A stretch of DNA of 64,000 bases from Nitrosopumilus sp. (GCA_965207445.1 CBDBLX010000002.1:704001-768000), one strand, 5' to 3'; shown: positions 32,455 to 43,952, numbered from the stretch's first letter. Numbers and translations are program-made. The notes: a model not told the origin generated them from the letters alone.

Positions 32455-32553
32455 GCAGAGATATCGAAGCCTGGTCAACCGAGAGGGACTCAAGATCCGT
32501 AAGTGATCCCTTCTCTAAGGAGTTCGTGGGTTCGAATCCCACTCTCTGCACCA
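32455..32553 (+). tRNA. tRNA-Leu(CAA) with ~11-nt intron at 37/38 (about 32495-32505)
   Basis: GCAGAG/CTCTGC acceptor stem plus CCA; AGGGA-CTCAAG-[ATCCGTAAGTG]-A-TCCCT; long variable arm; GGTTCGAATCCC. Confidence 0.9.
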
Positions 32554-33263
32554 ATTAATCATGATGCTAACTGTATACGCACTTTACGAACTGAATGATT
32601 CATGATCTCTTCGTGAATCTTTGCAACTTTTTTGTCTTTGAAGGTGAGATTGCACCTAAAACATTTGTAGACACTCTCTGACATAAATGCGCTAAACATG
32701 AATTGTTTATAAGAGTATTGAATATTCTGTGCATATTTATATTATATGTGGAATAATAACATAAAAAATTATAATTATTATATAATTTTACCAAATTTAA
32801 TATAATATTTTGTATCTAATATCTTGTATCTAATTCTCGTTATAAAGTGAAATACCCTCTCATAGTGTGAGGGCACAGACACGTAGTAATTAAAACAATG
32901 ATCCGTGAGTTTTTGGTATTTTGTATCCATTTGTTGTTCCTGATCCATCTATGTCCATCTATGGATTTTTCGATTCTTTATTTGAAACACTGCACGGATA
33001 ATATCTGAACTCTATGTCTGCAAATGACAAACCATTTGACATCATTACTTCTGAATGATCAAATTATACGTATATCATGATTAAAAATTTATTGTGTTAG
33101 AATTATGATTGTAATTGGCCTTGATGCATTTTGTATTCTGCATGTTGATAAAATTTGTGACAAATTCATAGTATGCTACATTTTTGTTGCTTAATTGTAT
33201 AGTAATCACACATCTGAAAAAAAGAATTTTACAACAATACATCTACCACATAATGACTGTAAA

Positions 33264-33887
33264 ATGGAAGATCCACTTTTTGATACTGTAACAAATTTTT
33301 CGTATCTGGGAATATTTTTACTACTCGTTGGAATAAATGCATCTCCAATACTAATGCCTCCAAGCTGGATAGTTTTGGCATCATTTCATCTCATTGATCC
33401 TACATTGGATATTATACTTCTTGCTGTGGTTGGTGCAACGGGAGCTACAATTGGGAGGTTTGTACTCAAATATGTGAGTAAATATTTTCGAAGATTTGTA
33501 AGCAATGAAAGATGTGAAAATCTTGATGTGATCGGCACATATCTTAACAATAAAAAGTATGGATATTTGATTGCGTCTTTTCTTTTTGGAGCAACACCTC
33601 TTCCAAGTAACATGTTATTCATTGCATATGGTTTGATGGGTGCAAAGAGTCTTGGGATTTATGTAGGGTTTTGGGCTGGCCGACTTATATCATATGTAAT
33701 AATGATCAATCTTGGTGAGATGGTGTTGCGTCCTTTTCTTGGAATATTCGAAGAGAGACTTGTGGGCATATTGTTAATTGATGTTGCAGGAGTTGGAATA
33801 ATCGTCCTCTTTGCATCAATTAACTGGACTGTTTTAATAACACAACGACGATTAAAATTTGTCCGGCCAAAAATATGGCGACTTTGA
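33264..33887 (+). CDS. DedA/VTT-like membrane protein
   Basis: Multiple TMs; 'GATGATIGR', 'ATPLPSN'. Confidence 0.7.
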   Translation: MEDPLFDTVTNFSYLGIFLLLVGINASPILMPPSWIVLASFHLIDPTLDIILLAVVGATGATIGRFVLKYVSKYFRRFVSNERCENLDVIGTYLNNKKYGYLIASFLFGATPLPSNMLFIAYGLMGAKSLGIYVGFWAGRLISYVIMINLGEMVLRPFLGIFEERLVGILLIDVAGVGIIVLFASINWTVLITQRRLKFVRPKIWRL

Positions 33888-34182
33888 TTATCTACTATGT
33901 GATATTTTTTTTCACATAAATTGTTTGTCTAATTTTACATTGATCTTTTACACTCTAAAAATACACATTGATTGTTTGTACTTGATGGTGCCATATCCAA
34001 CATACTCACAAAGAGCAGATCGCCTTGTAGCATAATGACGGTGTGTGTTTTTTTAAAAACGGACTATGTGAAAAGATGAGATGGATTCATATCTGATGTA
34101 TTCTCTGAGTATCTAAAAGCGATGTATTGTAGCCAATCTACGGGCAAGTACCGTGGAAGATTGTATGTGGCAGTAGAGTGGT

Positions 34183-34550
34183 AAAAGTGAACACACAATT
34201 TTCTCTTCTTCAACAACCAATTCATCAAAAAACTTGTGTTGTGTCAAAAGGGCAAAAGTGAACACACAATTCCCTCCCATACACCATTATGGCATTTAGA
34301 ATCTTCCCTGTGTGTGCATCCTCATAGAATCTTATTCGGTATGCAGAAACTCCAAGAATACACAGATATGCCAAAATGTGAAACCGTATCCAGCGATATG
34401 GAAAGTCGACCAAGGTAAGTGTTTGTAAAATTTGTGAATCTGAATTTGCACATCTTACATTGATATCTTGAGTTTAGACGTTTTAGTGACCTGTGATTGT
34501 ATTTTGGGCAAATTCGTCTTCCACACCAACCTTCTCTTGACAAAAAATGC
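34183..34550 (-). pseudogene. IS1595-like transposase N-terminal zinc-ribbon remnant
   Basis: 'W...RICPKY...RYQCKMCKFRFTNFTNTYL'; 18-bp direct repeat at 34183 and 34254. Confidence 0.55.
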
Positions 34551-34900
34551 CCTACTTTTTGTCAAATTATTTGCTAAGATTATTGGATGATTGTTAGGCA
34601 CAACCTAGGCGTGAAATTATTTATCAATATGTACTTTTTCAAGGTCCAAACTCTTAGGTATTACCTAAAATTAATAGTTGGCATGATTATATGTATGAGC
34701 ATAATCGAAAAAAGGATAGTTGGGATTGGGCAGAAGTTAAAGAAGCAAAGCGTATTGCACGGCGTGCCTATAAATTTACAAGTAAGATTTATCTGTAAAA
34801 TGTAATCTAAAGTTGAGGTGCGCACTCTTCTTGTATTATGAATCAAGTGTAAACATTCGGATTCATCATCTCAAAATTAAACCACTGTGTTTAGGAGCAA

Positions 34901-35215
34901 TTAACCATAATCAATATATCTGTCATAACGTTTCTCAACTTCTTTGTTGTTCCCTGTTGTAATCTTTTTGTATTCTTGATCTCTGCGCATTGCAATGTAT
35001 CGACGTATCTCTACAAAGCCTGATTCATGTTTAGGATATATATCAAAAAGTGGTTCTGCCAATTTTAAATACTCGAGAACTTTATTGCGATACTCTTCTC
35101 GTGTAGGATTTCGTATGTGTTGCATTCGAAACCAAATGACTGCCCAACTAGAGCCTATTACATGTGGCAATAGATCAAATGCCCTCTCAATCTCAAATCT
35201 CTCGTCGTTTCTCAT
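34901..35215 (-). CDS. Conserved thaumarchaeal hypothetical protein
   Basis: ATGA overlap with the hemB stop. Confidence 0.75.
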   Translation of the reverse strand: MRNDERFEIERAFDLLPHVIGSSWAVIWFRMQHIRNPTREEYRNKVLEYLKLAEPLFDIYPKHESGFVEIRRYIAMRRDQEYKKITTGNNKEVEKRYDRYIDYG

Positions 35216-36207
35216 TTTGATACAAGAGTTCCTGCTATATCTTTTGCAAAGTATGTGACTATCATATCTGCACCTGCTCGTTTTATTGAATGTAGTATTT
35301 CAAGTGCTACTTTTTGACCATTCACATATCCTGCTGCCGCTGCTGCTTTGACCATTGCGTACTCACCTGATGCACTATATGCAGCTATGGGTAGATCAAA
35401 TCTCCTGCGAGATTCTACTATGAGATCAAGATATGCTAGTGCTGGCTTGATCGTCAATATGTCTACTCCTTCTGATACATCTAATTCTGATTCGAGCATT
35501 GCCTCGTGAAAGTTTGTGTATGGTGCTTGATACGTGGCTCTGTCCCCAAATTGTGGGCCAGACTCTACTGCATCTCTGAATGGTGAGTAAAAGTTAGAAT
35601 GATGTTTTGATGCTTGTGACATTATTAACACATCTGTAAATCCTGCATCATCCAATGCGCTTCTGATTGTAGACACTTGTCCGTCCATCATGGCAGATAA
35701 TGATACAATGTCTACTCCTGCTCTTGCTTGAGTGATTGCTGTCTTTGCAAGTATCTCTAAACTAGTATCATTATCAATTCTTTTTTTACCCTTATTATCA
35801 GTGTGAATAATACCACAATGTCCTGATGATGCATATTGACACATACAGACATCTGCCATTATCACAATATCATCTCCGAATGTTTTTCGTATTTGTGATG
35901 CTGTTTGTTGTACGATTCCATCTTGTGCAAATGCTGCACTCCCTACATCGTCTTTTATTGCAGGTATACCAAATAACATGATGGCTGGAATTCCTACCTG
36001 TATGATTGATTCTACTTCGTCAGTCACATCTGATAGTGGGAAACGTTGTATGCCTGGCATTCTATCAATTGAGACTTTTTCAGACAAGTTCTCTTGAACA
36101 AATATTGGACATACAAGATCTGTTGGTGTAATGTTCGTTTCTTGAAAAAGATTGCGCATTTGTGCAGTTCTACGAAACCTGCGTAAACGACGAGCAGGAA
36201 AAGACAA
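35212..36207 (-). CDS. hemB: Porphobilinogen synthase
   Basis: 'DVCMCQYASSGHCG', 'SAMMDGQV', 'FYSPFRDA', 'KPALAYLD'. Confidence 0.96.
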   Translation of the reverse strand: MSFPARRLRRFRRTAQMRNLFQETNITPTDLVCPIFVQENLSEKVSIDRMPGIQRFPLSDVTDEVESIIQVGIPAIMLFGIPAIKDDVGSAAFAQDGIVQQTASQIRKTFGDDIVIMADVCMCQYASSGHCGIIHTDNKGKKRIDNDTSLEILAKTAITQARAGVDIVSLSAMMDGQVSTIRSALDDAGFTDVLIMSQASKHHSNFYSPFRDAVESGPQFGDRATYQAPYTNFHEAMLESELDVSEGVDILTIKPALAYLDLIVESRRRFDLPIAAYSASGEYAMVKAAAAAGYVNGQKVALEILHSIKRAGADMIVTYFAKDIAGTLVSK

Positions 36208-36399
36208 TATCTATTGATACTCTAAACAAGATATAACCGTATATGTTTTATAATATGATCTTTTATTTTAATTAAATTAATTATTATGTAATGTATTGTG
36301 TCTAAAAATTCATACAATTAAACTGATATCTCATTGATTTATTTTATTTTGTCTGATGATATATTGCGCATTAAAAGATTCAATATTGTTTTTCTGTGG

Positions 36400-36479
36400 G
36401 TAACCGTTCAACCCCCGTCTTGCGCCAGACGTTAAGCGGTGAATTTGTGCCTAAATTTGGGAAGGGGTTGAACGGTTAC
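36400..36479. mobile_element. 80-bp MITE type A
   Basis: TIRs GTAACCGTTCAACCCC/GGGGTTGAACGGTTAC; perfect TSD TTTCTGTGG. Confidence 0.92.
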
Positions 36480-36529
36480 TTTCTGTGGTACCTTTAGACA
36501 TTAATGTACGATTTTTGTAATTTCATTTA

Positions 36530-37153
36530 ATGCGAAAAAGAGGTCTGTTTATAATGTGCATTGGCGCCATTATCTTTGGTATCTCATTTATTATTGCTGA
36601 TTCTATACTAATGTCTGATTTTTCTGGCCCCGCGGGTTTTGATGCAGACTCTATTTTTGAGAGTATATTTGATGAAATTACTGATGAGATTATTATAGCA
36701 CCCGGCTCCACTGAGACTATCTCATATATTGTGGAGTCTGACAATTCACCTATTTTGTTAGCAATTCATATAGTTGATTACATACAAGAGGATGTTTTAT
36801 CGATCAAACTATCTGATACATATGGCAATGTGTATGGAGAATTTGTACAATCCGAAGAGATGCGATTTGAGATAATAGAATCTGCAAGAGAGGGTGTACT
36901 TGATATTGCAGTGACAAACTCTGGCAACAAATACGTTGCAATATTTGCAATGTTTTCAGAAGATCCCGAAAATTCTGCAATGTATACTGATCCCAACTCG
37001 CCTCTCAATACACTGATTATTCCACTCGCTATAACTGGAATTCTGATTATTATGGGATTTTTGGTACTAGTTGTCGGCGTAATTATATTTATTGTGGATA
37101 TGAGACAACAGCGGCGTGTAGATGGATTTGATGATTGGTCGTCAGGCCGTTAA
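36530..37153 (+). CDS. Membrane protein with N- and C-terminal TMs
   Basis: Hydrophobic termini. Confidence 0.7.
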   Translation: MRKRGLFIMCIGAIIFGISFIIADSILMSDFSGPAGFDADSIFESIFDEITDEIIIAPGSTETISYIVESDNSPILLAIHIVDYIQEDVLSIKLSDTYGNVYGEFVQSEEMRFEIIESAREGVLDIAVTNSGNKYVAIFAMFSEDPENSAMYTDPNSPLNTLIIPLAITGILIIMGFLVLVVGVIIFIVDMRQQRRVDGFDDWSSGR

Positions 37154-37343
37154 TCGTTATTTGGATGTTATTTGTTTGTTCACTTGTTTGTATTATTTTT
37201 TTATGTACATTATTTGTATTAACAAAGTTCTATTTAATTTCTTCAAAATGATGTTTTCTAAATGTGTTAATTGATAGAACCTTGTATCTATTGCAATAAC
37301 GGTTACTACTCACTTTTTAAATGGGTGTTTGGATGTGTAATTT

Positions 37344-38156
37344 GTGGCATCTAATACGCAAGACTCACGGCACCCACCACTGCAACAGCAACCACCACCA
37401 CAACCACAGCAACAGCAACCACCACCACAACCACAGCAACAGCAACCACCACCACATACGTCACCTCTGAGTGAACAACCTCCACAACCACCACCACAAC
37501 AGCTTTATTTTGGTTTCTCATTTTACAAAATTGATCCCAAGTGGCGTTGGATGGCAGATTTGGCCAAAGAAGAGTCTGCAAAAGAGGTTAAAAATATACT
37601 CGACTATGCTAAAATATCGTATCGTTCGTACTCTAATATTGGGTTGCGTGATGATGCTGACTTTTTACTGTGGTTTTTAGCACCTACCGTTGATGACATA
37701 CAATCTGTTACGGAAAAACTCTACAGCACAGTCTTTGGCAAATACATCATTCCCTCTCGTACATACATATCATGTACACGCCCTTCTGTATATTCGTCTG
37801 ATGCCATTCCTCAAGGGTTTGTTGCAGGTGATGCCCCGAAAAGATATGTTATTGTATATCCATTTACAAAGACTCGTGAATGGTATCTGTTACCGCAGAC
37901 AAAGCGTCAGGAGATTATGGATGAACATATTGCAGTCAGTCGTAGATACCCTCAGATAGTGTTAAACACTACATACTCTTTTGGTATACACGATGAAGAC
38001 TTTATGCTTGCATTTGAGATGGATAACATCCGTGACTTTCAAGACTTGATAATGGATTTGAGGGAGACACAGGTGTCAACATATGTCAAAAATGATATTC
38101 CAATGATTACATGCATCAAAAAAGAGATTGTATCATTGATTCAAAGTTTAGGCTAG
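37344..38156 (+). CDS. Chlorite dismutase/coproheme decarboxylase family protein with Gln/Pro N-terminal extension
   Basis: 'GLRDDADFLLW', 'YPFTKTREWYLL...MDEH', 'TTYSFGIHDEDF'. Confidence 0.88.
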   Translation: MASNTQDSRHPPLQQQPPPQPQQQQPPPQPQQQQPPPHTSPLSEQPPQPPPQQLYFGFSFYKIDPKWRWMADLAKEESAKEVKNILDYAKISYRSYSNIGLRDDADFLLWFLAPTVDDIQSVTEKLYSTVFGKYIIPSRTYISCTRPSVYSSDAIPQGFVAGDAPKRYVIVYPFTKTREWYLLPQTKRQEIMDEHIAVSRRYPQIVLNTTYSFGIHDEDFMLAFEMDNIRDFQDLIMDLRETQVSTYVKNDIPMITCIKKEIVSLIQSLG

Positions 38157-38309
38157 ACACGTTTTTGTTGCAATTCTTCGTAATGATAATATTTTGAAGT
38201 ATGTGGCGGTATAATCATTGTAACAAAAATTAATGTCTGTATACAAATTTACTGAACTAATAAATCCAAATTGGGTAAACATAAATTTTCATATTATAAT
38301 TCATTGTAC

Positions 38310-39308
38310 ATGAGATACAACAAATTAGGCAAGTCTGGAATTAAAGTATCTGAGATAGGCTTTGGTGCCTGGGCTATTGCACTTGATTGGTGGGGCAAAA
38401 AGATACAAGAAGATGAAGCAATTACAATGCTCAAAAAGGCATATGATGTTGGAATTAACTATTTTGAGACAGGTGACATGTATGGTAAAGGTAAGAGTGA
38501 ACGCTTGATTGGTGAGGCGTTTGGTGATATGAGAGATGAGATTGTCATATCCACCAAATATGGTTATGATTTTTCAGGTGTGGAGCAGATAGGTCATAGT
38601 GAATTGCCTCAAAAGTTTGATAAAGTATTTACAAAAAAAGCACTTTTGGCAAGCCTTGAGCGTTTAAAAACTGATTATATTGATATATATGGTTTACATA
38701 ATCCAAAGATGAATCACATCAAAGACGATTTAATATTTACAACACTAGACTCTATGATAAATGATGGTGTGATCAAGACCTATCAGGTTGCGCTTGGACC
38801 TGCCATTGGCTGGACTCAAGAAGGACTTGATGCAATGGAGCGACCAAATGTCTCTGCGGTGCAGACTGTATACAACATACTTGAGCAAACTCCTGGAAAC
38901 GAACTTTTACAAAAGGCAATCCAAAAAGATGTGGGTATACTAGTTAGAGTTCCAGAGGCCTCTGGTATATTGACTGGCAAGGTAGATGCAAACACAAAGA
39001 TAGATGAAAAAGATCATAGGTCTGTTCGCAAGGGCGAATGGATAAAGACATCCTTGCAAAAAGTAGAACAACTGCGTCCTATTGCAGAACGAAATGGACT
39101 GACGATCACAGAACTTGCAATGAAGTTTATTATGAGTAAAAAAGGGTTTTCATCGGTACTGCCTACTATAACTGAAATCGATGAGATAATCACCTATGCT
39201 GATATGGCAGATGGCAGATATATATCAGAATCCGACATGCTTGAGATTGACAGATTGTATAATACATGGCCCTCATACGATTTGAAAAAAACCATATATG
39301 CCAAGTGA
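38310..39308 (+). CDS. Aldo/keto reductase
   Basis: 'LGKSGIKVSEIGFGAW', 'SLERLKTDYIDIYGLH'. Confidence 0.92.
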   Translation: MRYNKLGKSGIKVSEIGFGAWAIALDWWGKKIQEDEAITMLKKAYDVGINYFETGDMYGKGKSERLIGEAFGDMRDEIVISTKYGYDFSGVEQIGHSELPQKFDKVFTKKALLASLERLKTDYIDIYGLHNPKMNHIKDDLIFTTLDSMINDGVIKTYQVALGPAIGWTQEGLDAMERPNVSAVQTVYNILEQTPGNELLQKAIQKDVGILVRVPEASGILTGKVDANTKIDEKDHRSVRKGEWIKTSLQKVEQLRPIAERNGLTITELAMKFIMSKKGFSSVLPTITEIDEIITYADMADGRYISESDMLEIDRLYNTWPSYDLKKTIYAK

Positions 39309-39643
39309 CAATAATGACAAATCATAATTCTGTAATGTTGAATGTAATTGCGCATATGAACCGCTCCCAGATTGGAGAGCCGCGCAAATGGGACAAAATT
39401 ACCAAAAAGTTATCTTCTGATATGCCGCTCAGTGTCTCTGATATCGAATATTATACTAGATTGACACGCATATACAATCAAACCAGTACAATTTCCAAGC
39501 GCAAAAATTATCATACTATGCTATCTGATCTAGATGAAAAGCCTCGTTGTACCGTATGTGGTGAACCATCTCAATTTTATTGTCACATAAACGATCAATA
39601 TTTTTGTCAAATACATATAGTGGGACATGATCCAAACGAATAA
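39266..39643 (+). CDS. Hypothetical protein with C-terminal Cys/His zinc finger
   Basis: 'CTVCG....FYC......FCQIH'. Confidence 0.6.
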   Translation: MALIRFEKNHICQVTIMTNHNSVMLNVIAHMNRSQIGEPRKWDKITKKLSSDMPLSVSDIEYYTRLTRIYNQTSTISKRKNYHTMLSDLDEKPRCTVCGEPSQFYCHINDQYFCQIHIVGHDPNE

Positions 39644-39745
39644 TTTATATATTCATGTTGTATTTGTGGATTTTTCATTATGATTCATGTGTATGATTTA
39701 TATATATTATCATATACATTAAGTTGTAATTAATTTACCCTTGAC

Positions 39746-40801
39746 TTAATGTGTAGTTATTGGCGTTGTTATGTTATCTTTTTTCTCCAAGGCAAATTCA
39801 TTCTCTACAAAATATTCGACTCGTGTTTTTTTGAACTCACGTGAGCTAAACAGTATTTTGTATTCTTTTACATCTATCTGTTTTTGTATGGTATCTGCAA
39901 CTTCTCTTGCCTCCTTTTGTGTCTTACAGTGTATCATAGAGAACACATTGTAGGGCCAGTCCTTGTATGTAGGCCTCTCATAACAGTGGCTGACTTGAGG
40001 AAATGCACCTAAATTTTCACCTACCTTTGTTATGCGCTCTTCTGGCACCTTCCACACAATCATTCCATTTGCAGTAAACCCTGCCTGTCTATGTCTCAAA
40101 ATGGCAGCAAACCTTCTCATTACTCCGATCTCCTCGTAATGCTTTAGTTTTTCAAACAAATCATCTTGTGTCATGTTAAGTTTCTTTGCAGGTTCTGCAA
40201 AAGGCTCATCGACAATATTCAAATCTTTTTGCAACTCTCTGACAAACTCTTTGTCAAGTGCAGTGGGTTTGAACTCTACATCTTTGATCTCTTTTTTCTT
40301 TTCTGTTGGTTTGACTTTGTGCTTTTTATCCTCAACCATGTCTAACTTCACGCCAATTTTGAAGAGCTGCAATGTAGGTAGCATGCGTACTCTTCGTATT
40401 CCTTTGAGTGTAGAAAATTTGTCAAGCTCGTCTTTTAGATTGGACCCTGGTGGTACTGCTAGTGTAAACCATAGGTTAAATTCATGATTGCGCTCATAAT
40501 TGTGACTCACACCTGGGTGTCTGTTTATCTGGTGTGCAACATATTCTAACTGGTCTGATTCTATATCCATTGCAACAAGTGAGCTTGTGTATCCTAGCCT
40601 ACGTGTATCAAATATTGCACTCAACTGTCGCAATATCCCTATCTCTTTGAGTCTGGTAATTTTTTCCTTTATGATATCTGGTGTAGTGTTGAATTTTACA
40701 CTCATGTTATGAAACGGACGTTTTACAAGTGGGAATGTCCATTGAATCTCATTTAAGAGTTCTGTGTCTAGTTTGTCCATCTCTGTTGTCATTAAACTCA
40801 A
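39746..40801 (-). CDS. Fused siroheme decarboxylase AhbA/AhbB (NirDL-like, Lrp/AsnC fold)
   Basis: Two Lrp-like halves with 'VSHNYER' and 'VSHCYERP...WPYN..SMIH'. Confidence 0.88.
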   Translation of the reverse strand: MSLMTTEMDKLDTELLNEIQWTFPLVKRPFHNMSVKFNTTPDIIKEKITRLKEIGILRQLSAIFDTRRLGYTSSLVAMDIESDQLEYVAHQINRHPGVSHNYERNHEFNLWFTLAVPPGSNLKDELDKFSTLKGIRRVRMLPTLQLFKIGVKLDMVEDKKHKVKPTEKKKEIKDVEFKPTALDKEFVRELQKDLNIVDEPFAEPAKKLNMTQDDLFEKLKHYEEIGVMRRFAAILRHRQAGFTANGMIVWKVPEERITKVGENLGAFPQVSHCYERPTYKDWPYNVFSMIHCKTQKEAREVADTIQKQIDVKEYKILFSSREFKKTRVEYFVENEFALEKKDNITTPITTH

Positions 40802-40841
40802 TCATGTGTAATTGATTAAAAATGTATGTTAGTGTGATTTT

Positions 40842-40922
40842 GTAACCGTTCACCCCTTTGTATATGCGCCAGATATAGGTGGTGAATTTGTGCCTAAATT
40901 TGGGAAAAAGTTGAACGGTTAC
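40842..40922. mobile_element. 81-bp MITE type A
   Basis: GTAACCGTTCA...TGAACGGTTAC; TSD TGTGATTTT/TGTGGTTTT. Confidence 0.88.
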
Positions 40923-41069
40923 TGTGGTTTTATTGTGTATAGTTGGTATGTGTAAATATTATTACTGTAATTGTAATATCTTGCTTTTTACACATGTCAT
41001 ATGTGTTGTAATGTGTGTTGGCATTTACCAAATCGATTAAATAAATATCTCAAATATGTAGCACATACA

Positions 41070-41729
41070 ATGATAATTGATCTGCGCATAAAGGGTAAAA
41101 CCATACTGGTTTTGGGTTCTGGTTCTCAAGCAGAGCGTCGAGTACACCAGATACTAGATGAGCATGCTAATATTGTCGTTGTTGCCTTGTCTGCTACATC
41201 TGATAAGATATTGGAGTGGAGTAGAGAAGGACGCATACACTTAATCACTAACTGTGATATACAAGACGCGTCACTTTTGGACAAGTACAAACCTGATTTG
41301 TTGATCGCAACAACTGACGATCATGCTGTTAATGAGATGTTATTAAACGCCGCTAAATCTTATGGTGTGTTGGCGTATCGTTCTGACTCTTATGATGAGA
41401 GTGATTATGCACATCCTGCTGTTTTGCGTTTTGATGGAGATGTCTCAGTTGCAGTATTTACTGGAGGGCAGAGCCCAATTGTATCAAAGTACATACGTCG
41501 CAAAGTCAAAGATGCACTAGTTGATGTGATTACACCTAGTATACTTGCAAAATTATCTATTCAAGATATGGCTCGAAAAGAAGCCAAATCCAAAATATCG
41601 TCCCAAATTGAGCGCAAAAAAGTCCTTGATCGTATAATGTATGATAAAGCCATTGATCGGTTAATAAGAGACGGAGAGATTAAAGATGCCAAAGAGCGTG
41701 CCATGTTCATACTAGGTGATAAACAGTGA
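41070..41729 (+). CDS. Precorrin-2 dehydrogenase/sirohydrochlorin ferrochelatase (CysG N-terminal/SirC-like)
   Basis: 'LVLGSG..AERR', 'IATTDD..VN', 'VAVFTGGQSP'; overlaps hemA start. Confidence 0.85.
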   Translation: MIIDLRIKGKTILVLGSGSQAERRVHQILDEHANIVVVALSATSDKILEWSREGRIHLITNCDIQDASLLDKYKPDLLIATTDDHAVNEMLLNAAKSYGVLAYRSDSYDESDYAHPAVLRFDGDVSVAVFTGGQSPIVSKYIRRKVKDALVDVITPSILAKLSIQDMARKEAKSKISSQIERKKVLDRIMYDKAIDRLIRDGEIKDAKERAMFILGDKQ

Positions 41730-43195
41730 AGCGACAAAATATTCTCAATGCACGAGTCACTTTTCGTAACTCTCCGATACATGTGCTTGAGCGTTTTACT
41801 ATTAGAGATGTGTACGATGCATATGAGCAATTTCGCAAACACTCTGATCTTGATGAGTGTGTTATAATACAGACGTGCAATCGTATAGAACTCTTTGCAA
41901 AGTCTGACTCTATTACTGATAATGAGAGTCGAATCAAACGTACATGGGCCTCATTAACAGGACTCGACGAGGCTGACTTTAATACAAACATGAAGATATC
42001 TCGTGGAGATGACGCATTATATCACCTACTCAAATTAACATCGGGGTTGGACTCTATGGTGGTTGGGGAAGAACAAATACTAGGTCAGATCAAAGAGTCT
42101 ATTACCACTGCTAGACAGATGCATGCCTCTGGAAGACACATGAATACATTGTTTGACAAGGCAATCAAAATCGGTACCCGAATTAGAAACAATACGGGAG
42201 TTGGTAAGGGGGGTATATCGGTAGGTTCGATGGCAGTAAAACTTGCCGAAGAAAATATTGATGACTTGAAATCAAAAAAGATTCTATTGATTGGGACAGG
42301 TGAAGTATCTACATTGGTTGCAAAGTCACTTTTGCGTAGAAGATATGCATTTGATATTACTAGTCGAACAATGACACGTGCACGCGCGTTTTGTGAGTCC
42401 ATGGGTGGGACACCTGTGCGATTTGAGAATGTACTGTCGGGATTTACAGACTATGATGTTATGTTTGTAGCAACCACTGCGCCCTATTCTCTTGTAACGT
42501 ATGAGCGACTATCTCAAGCAATGTCTGATTCTGATGATACTAGTTCACTGACACGACCTGGTATGATGATATTGGATTTATCAAACCCTCGTACCGTTGA
42601 TGAACGTGTTGCTACCATTGCAGGTATAAAATTGATGAATCTTGATCAAATATCTGAGATGGTAGAAAAGAACATGTCTACTCGTTCAGGTAAGATACAG
42701 GTAATTGAGAACATGATCAAAGAGGAAGTAAATGTATTAGATGCTTCTATGCGTAGGCTTGATGCAGAACCAATTGCAGAGCATGTGTTTAAGAGTATAG
42801 AAGCATTACGTGTTAAAGAACTTCAAAAAGGATTGCGCACCTTACATGAGACTGATCCGAGACGTATAAAGATAATCGACGATCTGACTCGTGAAATAGT
42901 TGAGAGTGTTTTGTCTGCCCCTATGAACAATTTGCGTAAAGCATCTGAGCGTGATGATGCTGGTGTTATTGCATTTGCAAAAAAATTGTTTGATTATGAT
43001 GTGTATTCTGTTGATATGACATGTGATAATGATGCCTCTGTTCATGATGCCTCTGAAGCTAATACTGATGATTGTAGCACCGGTGATGATGTTGGTGATG
43101 ATACTACTACTGATGTACATGGTTCTGATTCTAATATTGTTGTTGATTCCTCTAATACTGATAAAACTGATGACCATAATACTTTACACGTATGA
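41726..43195 (+). CDS. hemA: Glutamyl-tRNA reductase with acidic C-terminal tail
   Basis: 'QTCNRIE', 'SGLDSMVVGEEQILGQ', 'IGTGE'. Confidence 0.96.
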   Translation: MKRQNILNARVTFRNSPIHVLERFTIRDVYDAYEQFRKHSDLDECVIIQTCNRIELFAKSDSITDNESRIKRTWASLTGLDEADFNTNMKISRGDDALYHLLKLTSGLDSMVVGEEQILGQIKESITTARQMHASGRHMNTLFDKAIKIGTRIRNNTGVGKGGISVGSMAVKLAEENIDDLKSKKILLIGTGEVSTLVAKSLLRRRYAFDITSRTMTRARAFCESMGGTPVRFENVLSGFTDYDVMFVATTAPYSLVTYERLSQAMSDSDDTSSLTRPGMMILDLSNPRTVDERVATIAGIKLMNLDQISEMVEKNMSTRSGKIQVIENMIKEEVNVLDASMRRLDAEPIAEHVFKSIEALRVKELQKGLRTLHETDPRRIKIIDDLTREIVESVLSAPMNNLRKASERDDAGVIAFAKKLFDYDVYSVDMTCDNDASVHDASEANTDDCSTGDDVGDDTTTDVHGSDSNIVVDSSNTDKTDDHNTLHV

Positions 43196-43952
43196 ACCAA
43201 CCCGTTTTAACATAATAATAAGATCATATATTTTTAAGATGTATCATCAGACGACAGACCGATATTTTTACACAATTCCTCCCAGACATTTAGTCCACGT
43301 AGATTTCACGTCTCAACACAACTAAATATTACACAGAGATTTTCTGCCCCCCTGTCACTCTTTAACTGTAAATGATTGTTCCTCTGACTTGTTACATGTT
43401 TCATCTACTGTCCTCTAATATTTGTGGTAGAGTGGACAAATGGATACAAAACAAATGCAAAAAGTTTGGGCGCTGCGTTTTCTAGTGTGGTGCCAAACTT
43501 TTTCATTATTTCGTATCTACTTTTTTTATATCTAGATATTATATCACGCAACCATTTTTGAAGTTTTGTAACATATGAACGCTTACTCTTTGGTGAGTGG
43601 CAGACTCGAGTCCATTTGCGCAACGTGATAATTTTTTTGTTCAACGCATTATACAGATTGATAGCAGATTCAAGTTCACTACAATTTGCAATAGTTTCAC
43701 TCTCCTGCACAATTTGTTGTGTGCAGCGCTGTTTTATGTGATCTGGAAATACCGCATCATGTATGGTATCCATCTTGACTTGCCGCACCAACAGTTTTTG
43801 GACTATGCTGAGCTCTGTTGCACTATGACTTTGAGCGTGCATATGCACCACAGTGTCATAGTTTCTAACTACAATTATTCATCTTTTGTGCTCACCTTTG
43901 TATTCTGTTTCATCCATGATTACTGATTGTGATTTTTCTAATTCTGTCATGT

